Shown here in pieces: positions 12,114 to 22,730 of a stretch of DNA of 64,000 nt; position 1 is the stretch's first letter, and each line of letters opens with the position of its first letter. Source of the stretch: Chloropicon primus (Eukaryota). A model generated the notes under the pieces. It did not search any database, was not told the origin of the DNA, and worked only from the letters and a program-made list of their open reading frames with translations. The DNA lies in contig CP060764.1 of NCBI GenBank assembly GCA_023205875.1, positions 1-64,000 of the forward strand. The letters run 5' to 3'. The position numbers were made by a program, and so were the translations under genes.

Positions 12114-12952
12114 CTAGACGCATCCCGGGTACGGCACCACTTCAGGCGGCACGTTCGGTGGAGGATTGGCCAGCGTATCGCACCCGAGTTCCGCGACCAC
12201 CTGGAGGACTGCGAGGACAGTATGGTAAGAGGAGGAGGGGTCAGGTTTTCGGGTCAATCCAAAGCGCCGTTCGTGCCGTGCGTGTTTGCGTGTGCTCACT
12301 TACCTTGGGAGAGGAACGCCTCGTGATCGGGGCCGAGGATCCTCTCGGTGGCGTTGGTCTCGCAGAGGCAGCCCCCGCGCCAGCCTACGCGGCCGTACGT
12401 CGCGACGAGTGGGGTAAGAGAGACGCAGCAGACATCCGTCAGCGTCCCGCCGCAGCAGGGACCGAGGGCCTCCTTGATCTCCGGGATGCTCTCCGAGGCG
12501 TTGGCGGCGTCGCCGCCCTTCTTGACCCAGCCGTCCACCGCGAGAATCTCAGGCAGGCACGTCGCGCCCAAGATCGAAGAGAACGCAGACTGGCACTCCG
12601 AGTCGAAGCCGGAGCAGGGAAGAAGCTGCTGCAGTCCATACACGCGGTCGATCTCCGGCGCCGTTTGGACCTGCTGGAGGGTATCCACGAGCCCCTGGAC
12701 CCCTTGCTTCTCGTAATCCTTGATGAACTTGTCGCACTCCTTGGGCGGGTTGGCGGTCGGGTCCAGGCCGGTTCCGGCGAAGAAACCCGCATCAGCCGTC
12801 CCAGGCGCCACGTTGTCCTCCTGCGCCGCGGCCACGCTCACCCTCTCGGCAACAAACACCAGCAAAACAACAACAACAACACCAACCGCCACCCTTGCCC
12901 TCCTCCTCCCTTGGTCCTCCTGGCGTCGTGCCCTCTCCCTCTCCCTCGCCAT
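12114..12952 (-). CDS. Secreted Cys-rich protein, paralog B (2 exons)
   Basis: Tandem paralog of 10978-11709 with the same Cys positions and intron position. Confidence 0.75.
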
Positions 12953-13255
12953 CGCAGCGGTTGTCTTAGAGCAACCTCGTGCCTTGGACGTCGTTCCGGA
13001 CGCCGGCACCTCCTCCTCCGTCAAGCAATTCAATTGACAATTCACTCCCACGTCCACACGTGGGCGAACGATGAGGCTGCAGCAATCTGAAAATATAAAA
13101 ATATCTTTTTTTGATATTGATAATGATAATTTTTTGTAACGCTCGCCTCGCTCTCCTCCGAGGAAACCGTGACCTGCGGCGAGACAGAGAGACACGAAGC
13201 GGCGGAGGGAAGAGAGGAGAGAGGAGAGAGGAACACGACGACTGAGACGAGGACG

Positions 13256-13729
13256 ATGAGGGGAACGATGGACGTGTGGGTGGCGGTTGTTTTGTTTACC
13301 GTGATGGGGGTGGGGATGGCGGGAGTGGAGGCGTCGTCGACGCCGGGGGCGATTGCGGCCGTGGGGAGCTTGGGGTCGAGCATCTACGGAGGGAGGAGGG
13401 CGCTCCAGCAGTTCCCGAGCCAGCCGGCGCTCATGCCGGGACCCTTCCTCGCGGGAGGATGGTCCGAGGTGAGCGCGGACCAGGACTTTCAGACGCTTGT
13501 GAACGTGTTCAACTACGCGACCCTCGTCATGCCGGAACTCAACGCGAACGCCAAGTCGCCCGGCGGGACGATGGAGCTGTGCGAGGCCCGGTCTCAGGTG
13601 GTTGCGGGGATGAACTACTTTTTGAGCCTGTCGCCCGACTGCGCCGACCCGAACGTGCAGCCGAAGAACATCACCGTCTACCAGTCCCTGGACGGGCAGT
13701 ACGAGATCACGGCCCTCGCGGGGTTCTAG
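13256..13729 (+). CDS. Secreted cystatin-like protease inhibitor
   Basis: Signal peptide, LAGGW, QVVAGMNY (QxVxG). Confidence 0.75.
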   Translation: MRGTMDVWVAVVLFTVMGVGMAGVEASSTPGAIAAVGSLGSSIYGGRRALQQFPSQPALMPGPFLAGGWSEVSADQDFQTLVNVFNYATLVMPELNANAKSPGGTMELCEARSQVVAGMNYFLSLSPDCADPNVQPKNITVYQSLDGQYEITALAGF

Positions 13730-14049
13730 GCGCGGGGTTCTAGGCTAGAACTTCTAGCAGGAGCGCGGGGAGCAGCGAGACGACGGCGAGGCGGCGGAAG
13801 ATGGTTCCGTCGTCTTCTTCCTTCGTCCTTCTTTTTCTTTCTTCTTCTTCCTAAAAGGTGTTGTAGTGTATATTTCATTCAAACCAACGGGGAAGGGGTA
13901 GCCCACAGCCTTATCCATCATAATGTTCTAAACCAAAGCGCCGGACCCGTCCCACGACTCCCGCCGTTCCGAATGGTTGGTGGTCATAGTTAGTTATTCT
14001 TCAATGCCCTCCGAGAACCCCGTGCCTACGCGCGCGAGTAACGCGCTTC

Positions 14050-15008
14050 TTACGCGTCGGAGGCCTGGGACTTGGCCCTCCTCTTGGCGAGGGACTCAGA
14101 TCTCCTCTCCTTGGCCTCCTTGGTTCTGACGGCAAGGAGCTTCTGGTAGTTGGCGGCCTCGGCCTTGGCCTTCTGGATCTTCTTGGCCTTGAGGTTCTTG
14201 ATCCTTCTCTTCCTCTGCAACTTGGTTGGGGTGATGAGCCTCTGGATCTTGGGGGCGGTGGAGTAGGTCTTTCCGTTCTTCTCGGTCGTCCTCCTGTAGA
14301 TGTTGACGTACTTCCTGACATCGTCCTGCTTGGAGAGGGCGAAGAGCTTCCTGATGGTGCTGGCCCTCTTTGGTCCTCTAAGCTTTGGGATCTCCTTGTC
14401 GGTCAGTCCTGGGATAGGGTTCTCGCCGATCTTGGTGATGATGACGTTGAGGACGGAGAGGTCTGGGGACACGATGCATCCTCTCACACCCTTTCTCCTT
14501 CTCTCGCCGTTCCTCCTTCCGTAGCCACGGAAGCACTGGTCGCCAGGGGCCATGAGAATCTTGCACCTTCCAGGGATCAAGCAGCCCTGCTTCATGCCGA
14601 AGCCCTGCTTGTCGTGTCCACCGGCGATCTTCAGGATGTATCCCTTCCACTCGTCTCCGAGCACCTCGCCTGGCACCTCCGCCGCGAGCCTCTTGTCATA
14701 AAAAGCTCTCAGCTTGGAGTCCTCCTCCACCTTGATCTGCTTCTGCGCTCCCGTCGAGGGGCAAGCCACGTTAACCTGTTCCAGTTCAAAAAAAACAAAA
14801 CAATAACAGAGTCAGTTCAGTCCCTTCCTTCCTTCCTTCCTTCCTTCGAGGTCGCTCGGTCGCTCGGTCGCGTGCTTCGGAGGGAACCGTGTCCGGCATC
14901 GTGGGTTTGGATACGAATGAATGAAACAACCCCCCAAGAAAGACAGCCGAGTCGTAGGAGTAGGTCGTGGTTGTGGTTGTTGTTCTTCTTGTTATGTCTT
15001 ACCTTCAT
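14050..15008 (-). CDS. RPS6: 40S ribosomal protein S6; exons 15008-15003 and 14775-14050
   Basis: [47 protein letters not shown]. Confidence 0.97.
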
Positions 15009-15519
15009 GTTCGATGCTTCTTGTTATGCGTTGGTTCGTTGGTGTGTGCCGCCTCCTGCGTCCGTCGTCTGCGTCTCTTCCGTCGCTCCTCTTCGTGTTT
15101 CGTTTTTTTTTCTCTTTCTTTCTTTCTTTTTTTTCTCCGTTTTTTTTCCTTCTCTTTCGAGTAGAAAACACGTCTTAGGGGAGGGAAGGGAAGGCCGCCG
15201 CCGCCGCCTATCGTCTCCCACCGATCATAAATATAAACACAAATATAAAAATGCTGGACGAGGAACATCAGGCAATCCGGGAGGAACAGGAACATCCCGG
15301 AGGACAGGGGACAGGGACAGAGGGGGCGAACACGCTACAGGAGGTCAGGAACGATGAAGATTATGATTCATCATCATCTGATTCATCATCATCTGATTCA
15401 TCGTCATCGTCATCTGCTTCGGCTTCGGCTTCGGAGAAAGCAACACAACAGTGGAGAGGATAGAACTGGAGATTAGAATTACAATTACAAACAACTCCTT
15501 CCTTCCTTCCTTCCTTCCC

Positions 15520-17205
15520 TCAAGTTGCTGTTGCCTCGTCGCACCACCGGATCAGTTGGTGGGCCGAGGGCCTGTCCTGGGGCTTGAAGGAGAGCATGGG
15601 ATAGATCATGTCGCACAGGGAATCGGGGACGCCGCAAGACAAAAGCTCGCGGGCGATCAGGTCCTTGAAGGATCCCGGGACCTCCCCGCCTCCAGACCCG
15701 CTCTCCAGCTCGATCCTGTTGGTGGGAATGGTCCTGCCCGTGCAAGACTCGAAGAGGACGGCGCCGAAGCTGTACACGTCGGCCTTGCTCGTCGCCTGGG
15801 CCTCGTCGTCCAGGAGCTCCGGGGCCAGGTAGCGCCCGTCCCCCTCCTCCCAGTCCCAGCCCAGCTGCCCGAGGACCGCCAGGCCAAAGTCCCCGATGTG
15901 GTACGTCCCCTCGCCGTCCAGGTAGATGTTCTCCGGCTTGATGTCCAGGTGAAGGACGCCGTGGTCCTCGAGGAAGGACAGGCCGAGGGCTATCTCCCCG
16001 ACCAGGCGGAGGATTTCCCCGACGGGCAGAACCATCCGCTGGCTCCCGCCGGCCGTCCCCAGCGACTCGTCCTGCGCCCCCGCGAGCTTCTGCTTCAGGG
16101 TTCCCCCCTCGCAGAACTCCATCTGGGTGAACACATAGGAGTCCTCCTGCCAGGCCCTGTAGTAGAAAACGATGTTCGGGTGGGGCGGAAGGTCCGCCAC
16201 GCTCTGCATCTCCCGCTTGCACTTGTCCCTCTCCTGCTTGCTCGAGAAGTGCCTCTGCTTCACCGCGAAGTTTCTCCTGTTGTACTTGTGCTTCACCAGC
16301 CAGACTTCCGAGCACTGGGAGGACCCGATCTGGCGTGTGAACTCAAAGTGAGACATGTGCATGAAGAGCTCGGGGATGACGATGCTCTCGGAGCGAAGCA
16401 GAGCGGAGGGGACCTTGGTCGCCGCGAGGACCTTGGTCTCGTCCAGGGAGCTCGTGCGGTTGATGGGGCCCCCGAAGTTGAGAACGCCTCCCAGTCCCCC
16501 ACTCCCGTCCGAGTCCGCCTCCTGGTGCAGCACGGAGTACACCCTCCTCTGCTTAAGCACGGACGGGGGCTGCCTGATCCCGTCCTTCTGCACGCTGCCG
16601 GACGGCCTCCCGCCGGAGAACTCCGCGGCGAGATCGGTCCTCAGGGTGGGCACGGGGGAGTCAAACGAGCTCCCGTCGGTGTTGCACGTGTTCGAGGTGC
16701 TGGGCGTTTTCGTGCTGGCGCCGCTGGAAGCCTGGGAACGCGACTCCAGCATATCCCCGCGAATGTTGAGGGCAGTCTCCAGGTCCGGAAGGGGTTTCGC
16801 AGCCTTGAGGAGTCCTGATATGATGCCCTTGGATCCGCCCTTCGCCGGACCTTGCGACCCCGACGGGGCGGGCGGAGTCTTGAAGGCCAGCCCGCTACCG
16901 AGGACGCTCTCCGGCGTCAGCATCACGGACTCCCCTCCGCGTTCCCCCTCCCCCTTCCTCCTCCCGGAGGCCTCTCCCTCGCCCTCCGTCTTCGCAAAGG
17001 GCGCCGGCGTGCTTCGAGTCCCACCCGTGCACTCCATCGCATCCAACTGCGCGTTCAGGTCCAACAACGTCGTCCCCTTCTCGTCATCAACGCCAACACC
17101 ATCATCAACAACACCCTCACCCCTCACTCGGACTGCTTGCGACCTCATCCTCTTCGGTCTCTGCTCCTCGTGCACCCTCGCCTCCATCGTGGCGATAGGG
17201 AACAA
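15520..17205 (-). CDS. WEE1: Wee1-like kinase
   Basis: HLDIKPENIY, IGDFGLA, WEEGDGRYLAPELL, FYYRAWQE. Confidence 0.88.
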   Translation of the reverse strand: MFPIATMEARVHEEQRPKRMRSQAVRVRGEGVVDDGVGVDDEKGTTLLDLNAQLDAMECTGGTRSTPAPFAKTEGEGEASGRRKGEGERGGESVMLTPESVLGSGLAFKTPPAPSGSQGPAKGGSKGIISGLLKAAKPLPDLETALNIRGDMLESRSQASSGASTKTPSTSNTCNTDGSSFDSPVPTLRTDLAAEFSGGRPSGSVQKDGIRQPPSVLKQRRVYSVLHQEADSDGSGGLGGVLNFGGPINRTSSLDETKVLAATKVPSALLRSESIVIPELFMHMSHFEFTRQIGSSQCSEVWLVKHKYNRRNFAVKQRHFSSKQERDKCKREMQSVADLPPHPNIVFYYRAWQEDSYVFTQMEFCEGGTLKQKLAGAQDESLGTAGGSQRMVLPVGEILRLVGEIALGLSFLEDHGVLHLDIKPENIYLDGEGTYHIGDFGLAVLGQLGWDWEEGDGRYLAPELLDDEAQATSKADVYSFGAVLFESCTGRTIPTNRIELESGSGGGEVPGSFKDLIARELLSCGVPDSLCDMIYPMLSFKPQDRPSAHQLIRWCDEATAT

Positions 17206-17591
17206 CGTCGCGTCTCCAGGTGACCCCTGTGAGTGACGGGATCAGTAACGCCTGACCTGTGTGGATCAAAGGCCGAAAAGGATGAATGAATGACCCAAAA
17301 GCCAACGCCAATCCCCTTCCCCTTCCGTCCTCGCACCCACCTTGACCCAAAGCCAAGCGAATTGAAGCGATAATTGATCGTCCTCTCGTCCTTCGTCACC
17401 TCCTCCCTCTCCCTCTAACCCCTGCGCCCTCGCTGGATGGTGATGCCCCTTCGATGCCGGAGGGATGATGATGAAGATGAAGATGCTGCTGATGATTATT
17501 CCTGTCGTGGACGAACCCCTTCGATGGTGGCGTCTACGGAAAGTCCACGAGATGGTCCTTCCTCCTGACCGGCCCTCGTCCTCCTCCTCGC

Positions 17592-17633
<42 letters not shown>

Positions 17634-17703
17634 CGCGAGGCGCCAGAAACGAATTCAAAAACCAACAGAGCGGCAAAACGACGAAAGCGGCGAAGGCGAC
17701 GAC

Positions 17704-17740
<37 letters not shown>

Positions 17741-17743
17741 GAG

Positions 17744-18148
17744 ATGTCTGGCGTGGGAGCGGATGGTGTCAAGGAGGAGGACAGGAAGGCGTTCCTGGAC
17801 CTGCAGAGGACGATGTTCTTGGAGTCTCAGAAGTTGAAGAAACTGGAGCAGCAACAGAGACAAAGTCAAGTGGAGAAGAGAAAGAATGAGTTGTGTTTGC
17901 AAGAGTTGGGAAGCTTGCCACCGCAGGTGAACTGTTATAGAACGATCGGGAGGACTTTCGTTCTGGTCAACAGGGAGGACATGTGTCGCGAGCTCGAGCA
18001 GTCGTGCAAGGACAACGAGGAGTTCTTCGTCAACTCAAAGGACAAGAAGGTCTACTTGGAGAAGCAGGTCAGGGAAGCGGAGGAGAACATTAGGGAACTG
18101 CTCAGGGGGGCGCCGCTACTCGCCAAGCAGATCGCAGGGGTCCAATGA
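17744..18148 (+). CDS. PFD1: Prefoldin subunit 1 (beta type)
   Basis: RKAFLDLQ..LQELGSLP..CYRTIGRTFVL..YLEKQVREAEENIRELL. Confidence 0.85.
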   Translation: MSGVGADGVKEEDRKAFLDLQRTMFLESQKLKKLEQQQRQSQVEKRKNELCLQELGSLPPQVNCYRTIGRTFVLVNREDMCRELEQSCKDNEEFFVNSKDKKVYLEKQVREAEENIRELLRGAPLLAKQIAGVQ

Positions 18149-18470
18149 GAACTCGGGCGCGAGCCGAACGAGCAAGGGATCGGCCAAACCACAAACAGGA
18201 GCCTTGACTTGACTTGATTTGCCTCGGCTTGGCTTGGCTTGGGTTTGTTTTGATACCTGCTGGCCTTGGGAACGCAAGGGTTCTTGTTCTTCTTCTTCTT
18301 CCAAGGGAAGTTTCTTTTGAAAACTGAAGAGAAAGTATTTATAAATTATTTCTCTCTCCATTTCGTTTCGTTTCGTTTTGTTTCTCATTCTGTTATATCT
18401 AAATGCTCGCCAAAGGGCCTCCCGTTCCATCTCCCGAACGAGAGCCGGATCAGCGCCACGACGTTTTACC

Positions 18471-19562
18471 TCAGAGGGTAACGTCCACCGCAGCAGCTTC
18501 GCCTTCTTGTGCCACTTCTTGGACCTCTTCCTCTTCTCCCTCGTCTTCTGAAGGTGGCTCGGACGTCTTCTCGTACATGTCAACTGCGTCCTCTTCGTCC
18601 TGCGTCTGCACTTTGAACTTGAACCAGATCTCCTTCCCGGTGTATCTAATTGGGGACGACGATGACGGCAAAACGCGAACGAAAGAGTCAGGCTAGGTCC
18701 AAGGTCTTCCATTTCCCCTTCTACGAGGGGGGGAAGGTCGACGGCAGGATGGAGTTGGAGTTGGAGATGTCCTTACCTATTTTTCCTCCACCTTTCCGCC
18801 TTGTCCTTCTTCTCTTGCTCCATCTGCCTCTTGTTCTTCTTGTCGAGCCACTTCTTGAAGACCTCTTCGTTCATCTTGGTCTTCTTCTCCACCAGAGTCC
18901 TCGCCTCCTCGATACGGTCTTCCAGGGTCCGGTCGGCGAACTCCGGAAGGGTGCCTTCCAGCAGCTGCCTGATGCGGGTCTGGTGCAGCGCAAGGGTTTC
19001 AGAAGAATCAAAGGGGGAGAAAAGACGCGTCAGTCCCCGCAACCAACCAACCCAAGAGCCAAACCGAAGGCACAGACGACCGACGACGCGGTTGCCGTTC
19101 GTTCCTGTCCGTCCGTCTGCCTGTCGTCGCGAGGAGATAGAGGCAGCGCATGTCTCCATGCGCGTGTGTCCCTGCATGTGCAACTCCGTGCTCCTGCGGT
19201 AACCTTACCTTTGCATCAACCTTGACGACCTTCTTTTCCTCCTTCTGTTCCACTTGAAGGTGCTTCTGGTTGTCGTTGTCCTTCTTCTTGACGGACTTGA
19301 ACATGAGTTCCATCTCCCTCCTGGCTTCCTCCTCGGCAGCCTTCTGGGCCTTCCTCGCCTTGTTCTCCTGGGCGGCCCTCTGGGATCCCGGATCGTTCAT
19401 GGAGTTCTTCAACTGATTGATCTTATTCTGCACCACTTTGCTCTTGTTCTTGTTCTTCAACCCAAACGTCGCATCTTTCATCTTCTGCTCCGTCTTCTTC
19501 TTCTTCTCCGCCTTCTTCTGATCCTTCTGCGTGGCCTTCGCGGCCGTTCCCTTCTTCCCCAT
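18471..19562 (-). CDS. ZC3H15/Tma46 (DFRP1)-like protein, 3 exons (~19562-19209, 18979-18777, 18645-18471)
   Basis: KDATFGLKNKNKSKVVQ N-terminus; TLEDRIEEAR..EEVFKKW and TGKEIW resemble DFRP_C. Confidence 0.75.
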
Positions 19563-20255
19563 CGCGACGACGACTCAACCTCTTACCCCTCTCCTCTCCT
19601 CTCCTCTCCTCTCCTCGATCCCTTTCCCTTTGCCTTTCGCTCGATCCCTTTGCCTTTGCCTCGCCTCCACGAAACGAAACAAGGCAACCAGCCGACCGAT
19701 CGAAAGACCACGACAAGCGCCGTCGCGTGAAGCCCTTGCGTTCGTCTCAAGACCTCGACCCTGACCGCTCCTCGCCGCAAACGATCGCTCCGCTCCTCCG
19801 CTCCTCCGCTCGCTCGATCCAACTGCAACTGCGGCGCCACACGAGGGGTAAGTGATGTTCGAGGAAGGGAGCGACGAGGGGCGCGGCCTTGGGAGCGACG
19901 AGGGGCGAGGGTCTACACCATGGAAATCCTTGGGTCGCGGGCTTTCGAATGAGCGCTCCCTCGACGCGTTTGGCGTCCGAACGAGGATGAGGGACACTGA
20001 AACGAATGGTTTTGTCTTGTTGATGCCACGAGAAGGGAAGGGGAAGAGGGCGAGGTAGACGGCGAGAGAGGGGAGGAGGTCGAGATAGGGGGCAACAGGA
20101 GTGATCTTCGCCTCGTGATCTTTCGAAAGAGCCCTCACTCGAAGGGAATGGCGTCGTGGTGAGGACGAGAGAGGGGTGAGACGAGGGAGGGAGAGAGGAG
20201 GGCAGAGGCGAGGAGGGCAGAGGCGAGAGGCGAGAGGCGAGAGGGGGCGCAGCGC

Positions 20256-22607
20256 ATGATAAGGACCAAGTGGAAGCTGTGCCATCCCAGGCACAATGCC
20301 AAGGCGTGCTATTGGGGGGGCAAAGGCGAGGGGAACGGACTCGGTGCCGGAGTGAAGAGAGACGTGTTGTTCGGGCCAGGCCACTATGGTGCTGGGAGGA
20401 GGCACGTGTTGGCGACGGCGACGGGGGGGAGGGGTGCGTTGGGCTTGAGGGCGTACGCCGAGGTGCAGCATGGGGCAGCCTTGCCGCTGGGTCTCCTGGA
20501 CGCCCACTCAGGGAGGGAGCTGCAGCTGCAGCGGAGGACGGGCCTGGGCGCGTTGTCGCGCGGGCTCACCGACGCCGCGGGGCTCCGCTGCTTGCTGGGG
20601 CATAGACCGCTGCTGAGGGGGTTGCGCTGCAATGCGAAGAGCAAGGCTGATGCCTCGACGAAGGTCAGCGTGAAGGGGAAGAAGGGGACGAAGGCCAGGA
20701 ATACCTTGACGGCGCGGACGGAGAACGCGAGCACGGACACCAGGGCCGGTGGCGACGACGGGGGCGCCGGGAACACCTACTTGGACCACGTCCTCACGCA
20801 GCTGACGAGGACGCAGTTGCCCTTCCTCCAAGGGGCTTCCGAGGCCTCGGAAGGTGCGGACCTCGAGGCCGGCCCCTGGGACAGCTCAAAGTCCGTCGTG
20901 GTCGTGCAGGGCGAGGCCAAGCACTTGGGAATGAAGTGCACTTGGAAGCAGCACTTTCATTACAACACCGGGGCGTTCTGCGAGGAGCTGGTGAACGATG
21001 ACATGCACGTCTGGTGGGGGTACGACGGAAAGGACACCACCTGGGAGGTGGATTTCAGTGGGCTGCCATCGATTCTTGAGCTGGACGACAAGGAGACCTC
21101 GCTGCTGTGCACTTGGATCAGAAACGGGATCTGGTTGGTGCCTGGGTTGAGGGAGAACCAGCTGAAGATCACCTTGGCGGAGGAAGTGAAGGAGCCCGGG
21201 GACTGGCAGCTCCTGAGGGAGCAGTCCTATGGGAGGGCCGCGGGCAGTCAGGGTAGGGGGGTCGTGGTCAGAGAAAGGCAGGGCAAGGCAGGAGGAGGGA
21301 GCGACTCAACCATACTGGAGGTTCAACTGAAGGAAGGAAAGGTGAAGGCGAGGCTTCAGGTCTGCACCAAGACTTGGCGGCCCATGGACTTGACTCTGCC
21401 CGTCTGCGGGGACATCGAAAAGACGACGTACACGGACTTTGAGGCCATGTGCAAGGTGGACGAGGGGGAGCTCGATGTCGTTTACCCGAGGCACACGGTT
21501 CAGGTGGCGTCGGGAGGCGGGAAGAACGAGTATTGGGCGACCGAGTGCTACTTGAGGGATGCCAACGAGGAAAAGGAGGGCTCCTTTGACTTGTTCACTG
21601 TTCCGGAGGTGCCACTTTTTCCGCCAGACACTAGCTTTGACGCCGATATGAAGGGGGAGATCGATTACTTTCAAGCCAGGAGTGGCCACATCGTTGTCAA
21701 GCCCAAGATAAACGGCAAGGAGATCCCAGGGATGATGATTCTGGACACCGGGGCCAGCGGGTTTGTGATCACGAAGAAACTCGCGGATGACCTGGATCTG
21801 GAAGCCTTCGGGGAGCTCTACGTTGCTGGTGTCACTCAGAAAGTAAAGAGCCAGTTCAGAAGAGCCTCGTCCATCCAGCTCGGTCCCGTCTGCATGAGAA
21901 ACCCTTTGTTCATGGAGATGAACATCGATGGCGTCGTCCACGGTTCCCCGGAGCCTGTGGTCGGCATCCTGGGCTACGACTTTTTCAGGCGGTGTGTGGT
22001 CGAGATGCCCCCGCTGGAGCAGACCGTTCTCCGCAGCGGCTTTGTTCCGAGCAGCTACATGCCTCGCCCGGAGAGGAAGATCATGGTCTATGATCCCACC
22101 CAGTACGAGGAGCTGAACCACAAGTACGCGGACAAGCTCGTGTGGAAAGATTTGCAGCTTGTGGCCAACGTGCCCCACATTTACGCCACCTTTGGGAAGG
22201 ACAGCAAAAACGGAAGCGCAAAGGATGGTGGGGAAGAGGAGGAGCACTTGGCGCTCTTCATGCTGGATTCTGGCGCCGGGGGTGCCGGTATCATGTTCCA
22301 CGCCAGGGCGAGCCAGGAGTACCAGCTGCTGGAGCCCAGCGAGCTGGAGAGCCTGAGCAACACCAAGTCTATCCGCGGCATTGGGGGGGAAGCGAGTTCA
22401 GGGGGAATGAAAGTGATCGAGGGAAAAATGAAGTACCTGCAGGTGTCCGGGGCAAGGTTTGAGAACGTACTTTCCCTTATCGCAATGGGAGGGGGGTTCG
22501 ACCTCAGCCTTCACACCGCGGGAATGATTTGTGCTGATCTGATGGTTCAGTGCCGAGTAATCTTTGACTACCCGAGGAGGCGGTTTGCCATGATTCAAGG
22601 GGAGTAA
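20256..22607 (+). CDS. Retropepsin-like (clan AA) aspartyl protease with two lobes
   Basis: HIVVKPKING..MILDTGASG..GILGYDFF and FMLDSGAGG..GMICADLM..VIFDYPRRR; start uncertain. Confidence 0.8.
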   Translation: MIRTKWKLCHPRHNAKACYWGGKGEGNGLGAGVKRDVLFGPGHYGAGRRHVLATATGGRGALGLRAYAEVQHGAALPLGLLDAHSGRELQLQRRTGLGALSRGLTDAAGLRCLLGHRPLLRGLRCNAKSKADASTKVSVKGKKGTKARNTLTARTENASTDTRAGGDDGGAGNTYLDHVLTQLTRTQLPFLQGASEASEGADLEAGPWDSSKSVVVVQGEAKHLGMKCTWKQHFHYNTGAFCEELVNDDMHVWWGYDGKDTTWEVDFSGLPSILELDDKETSLLCTWIRNGIWLVPGLRENQLKITLAEEVKEPGDWQLLREQSYGRAAGSQGRGVVVRERQGKAGGGSDSTILEVQLKEGKVKARLQVCTKTWRPMDLTLPVCGDIEKTTYTDFEAMCKVDEGELDVVYPRHTVQVASGGGKNEYWATECYLRDANEEKEGSFDLFTVPEVPLFPPDTSFDADMKGEIDYFQARSGHIVVKPKINGKEIPGMMILDTGASGFVITKKLADDLDLEAFGELYVAGVTQKVKSQFRRASSIQLGPVCMRNPLFMEMNIDGVVHGSPEPVVGILGYDFFRRCVVEMPPLEQTVLRSGFVPSSYMPRPERKIMVYDPTQYEELNHKYADKLVWKDLQLVANVPHIYATFGKDSKNGSAKDGGEEEEHLALFMLDSGAGGAGIMFHARASQEYQLLEPSELESLSNTKSIRGIGGEASSGGMKVIEGKMKYLQVSGARFENVLSLIAMGGGFDLSLHTAGMICADLMVQCRVIFDYPRRRFAMIQGE

Positions 22608-22730
22608 GGACGGCGTGACGAGTTTTAGGGGGTGCGATGGTTTTTGACATGTAACGTGCGCTTGCTTGTGTACAAATTCAATTCATTGTTTGCCTTTTCC
22701 CTCTCCCGTCCAGCACCAGCCAGACCACAC

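Noticed and set aside
20256..22607. Retroelement protease
   Set aside because: Two-lobed stand-alone protease with no gag, RT, integrase or LTR nearby.
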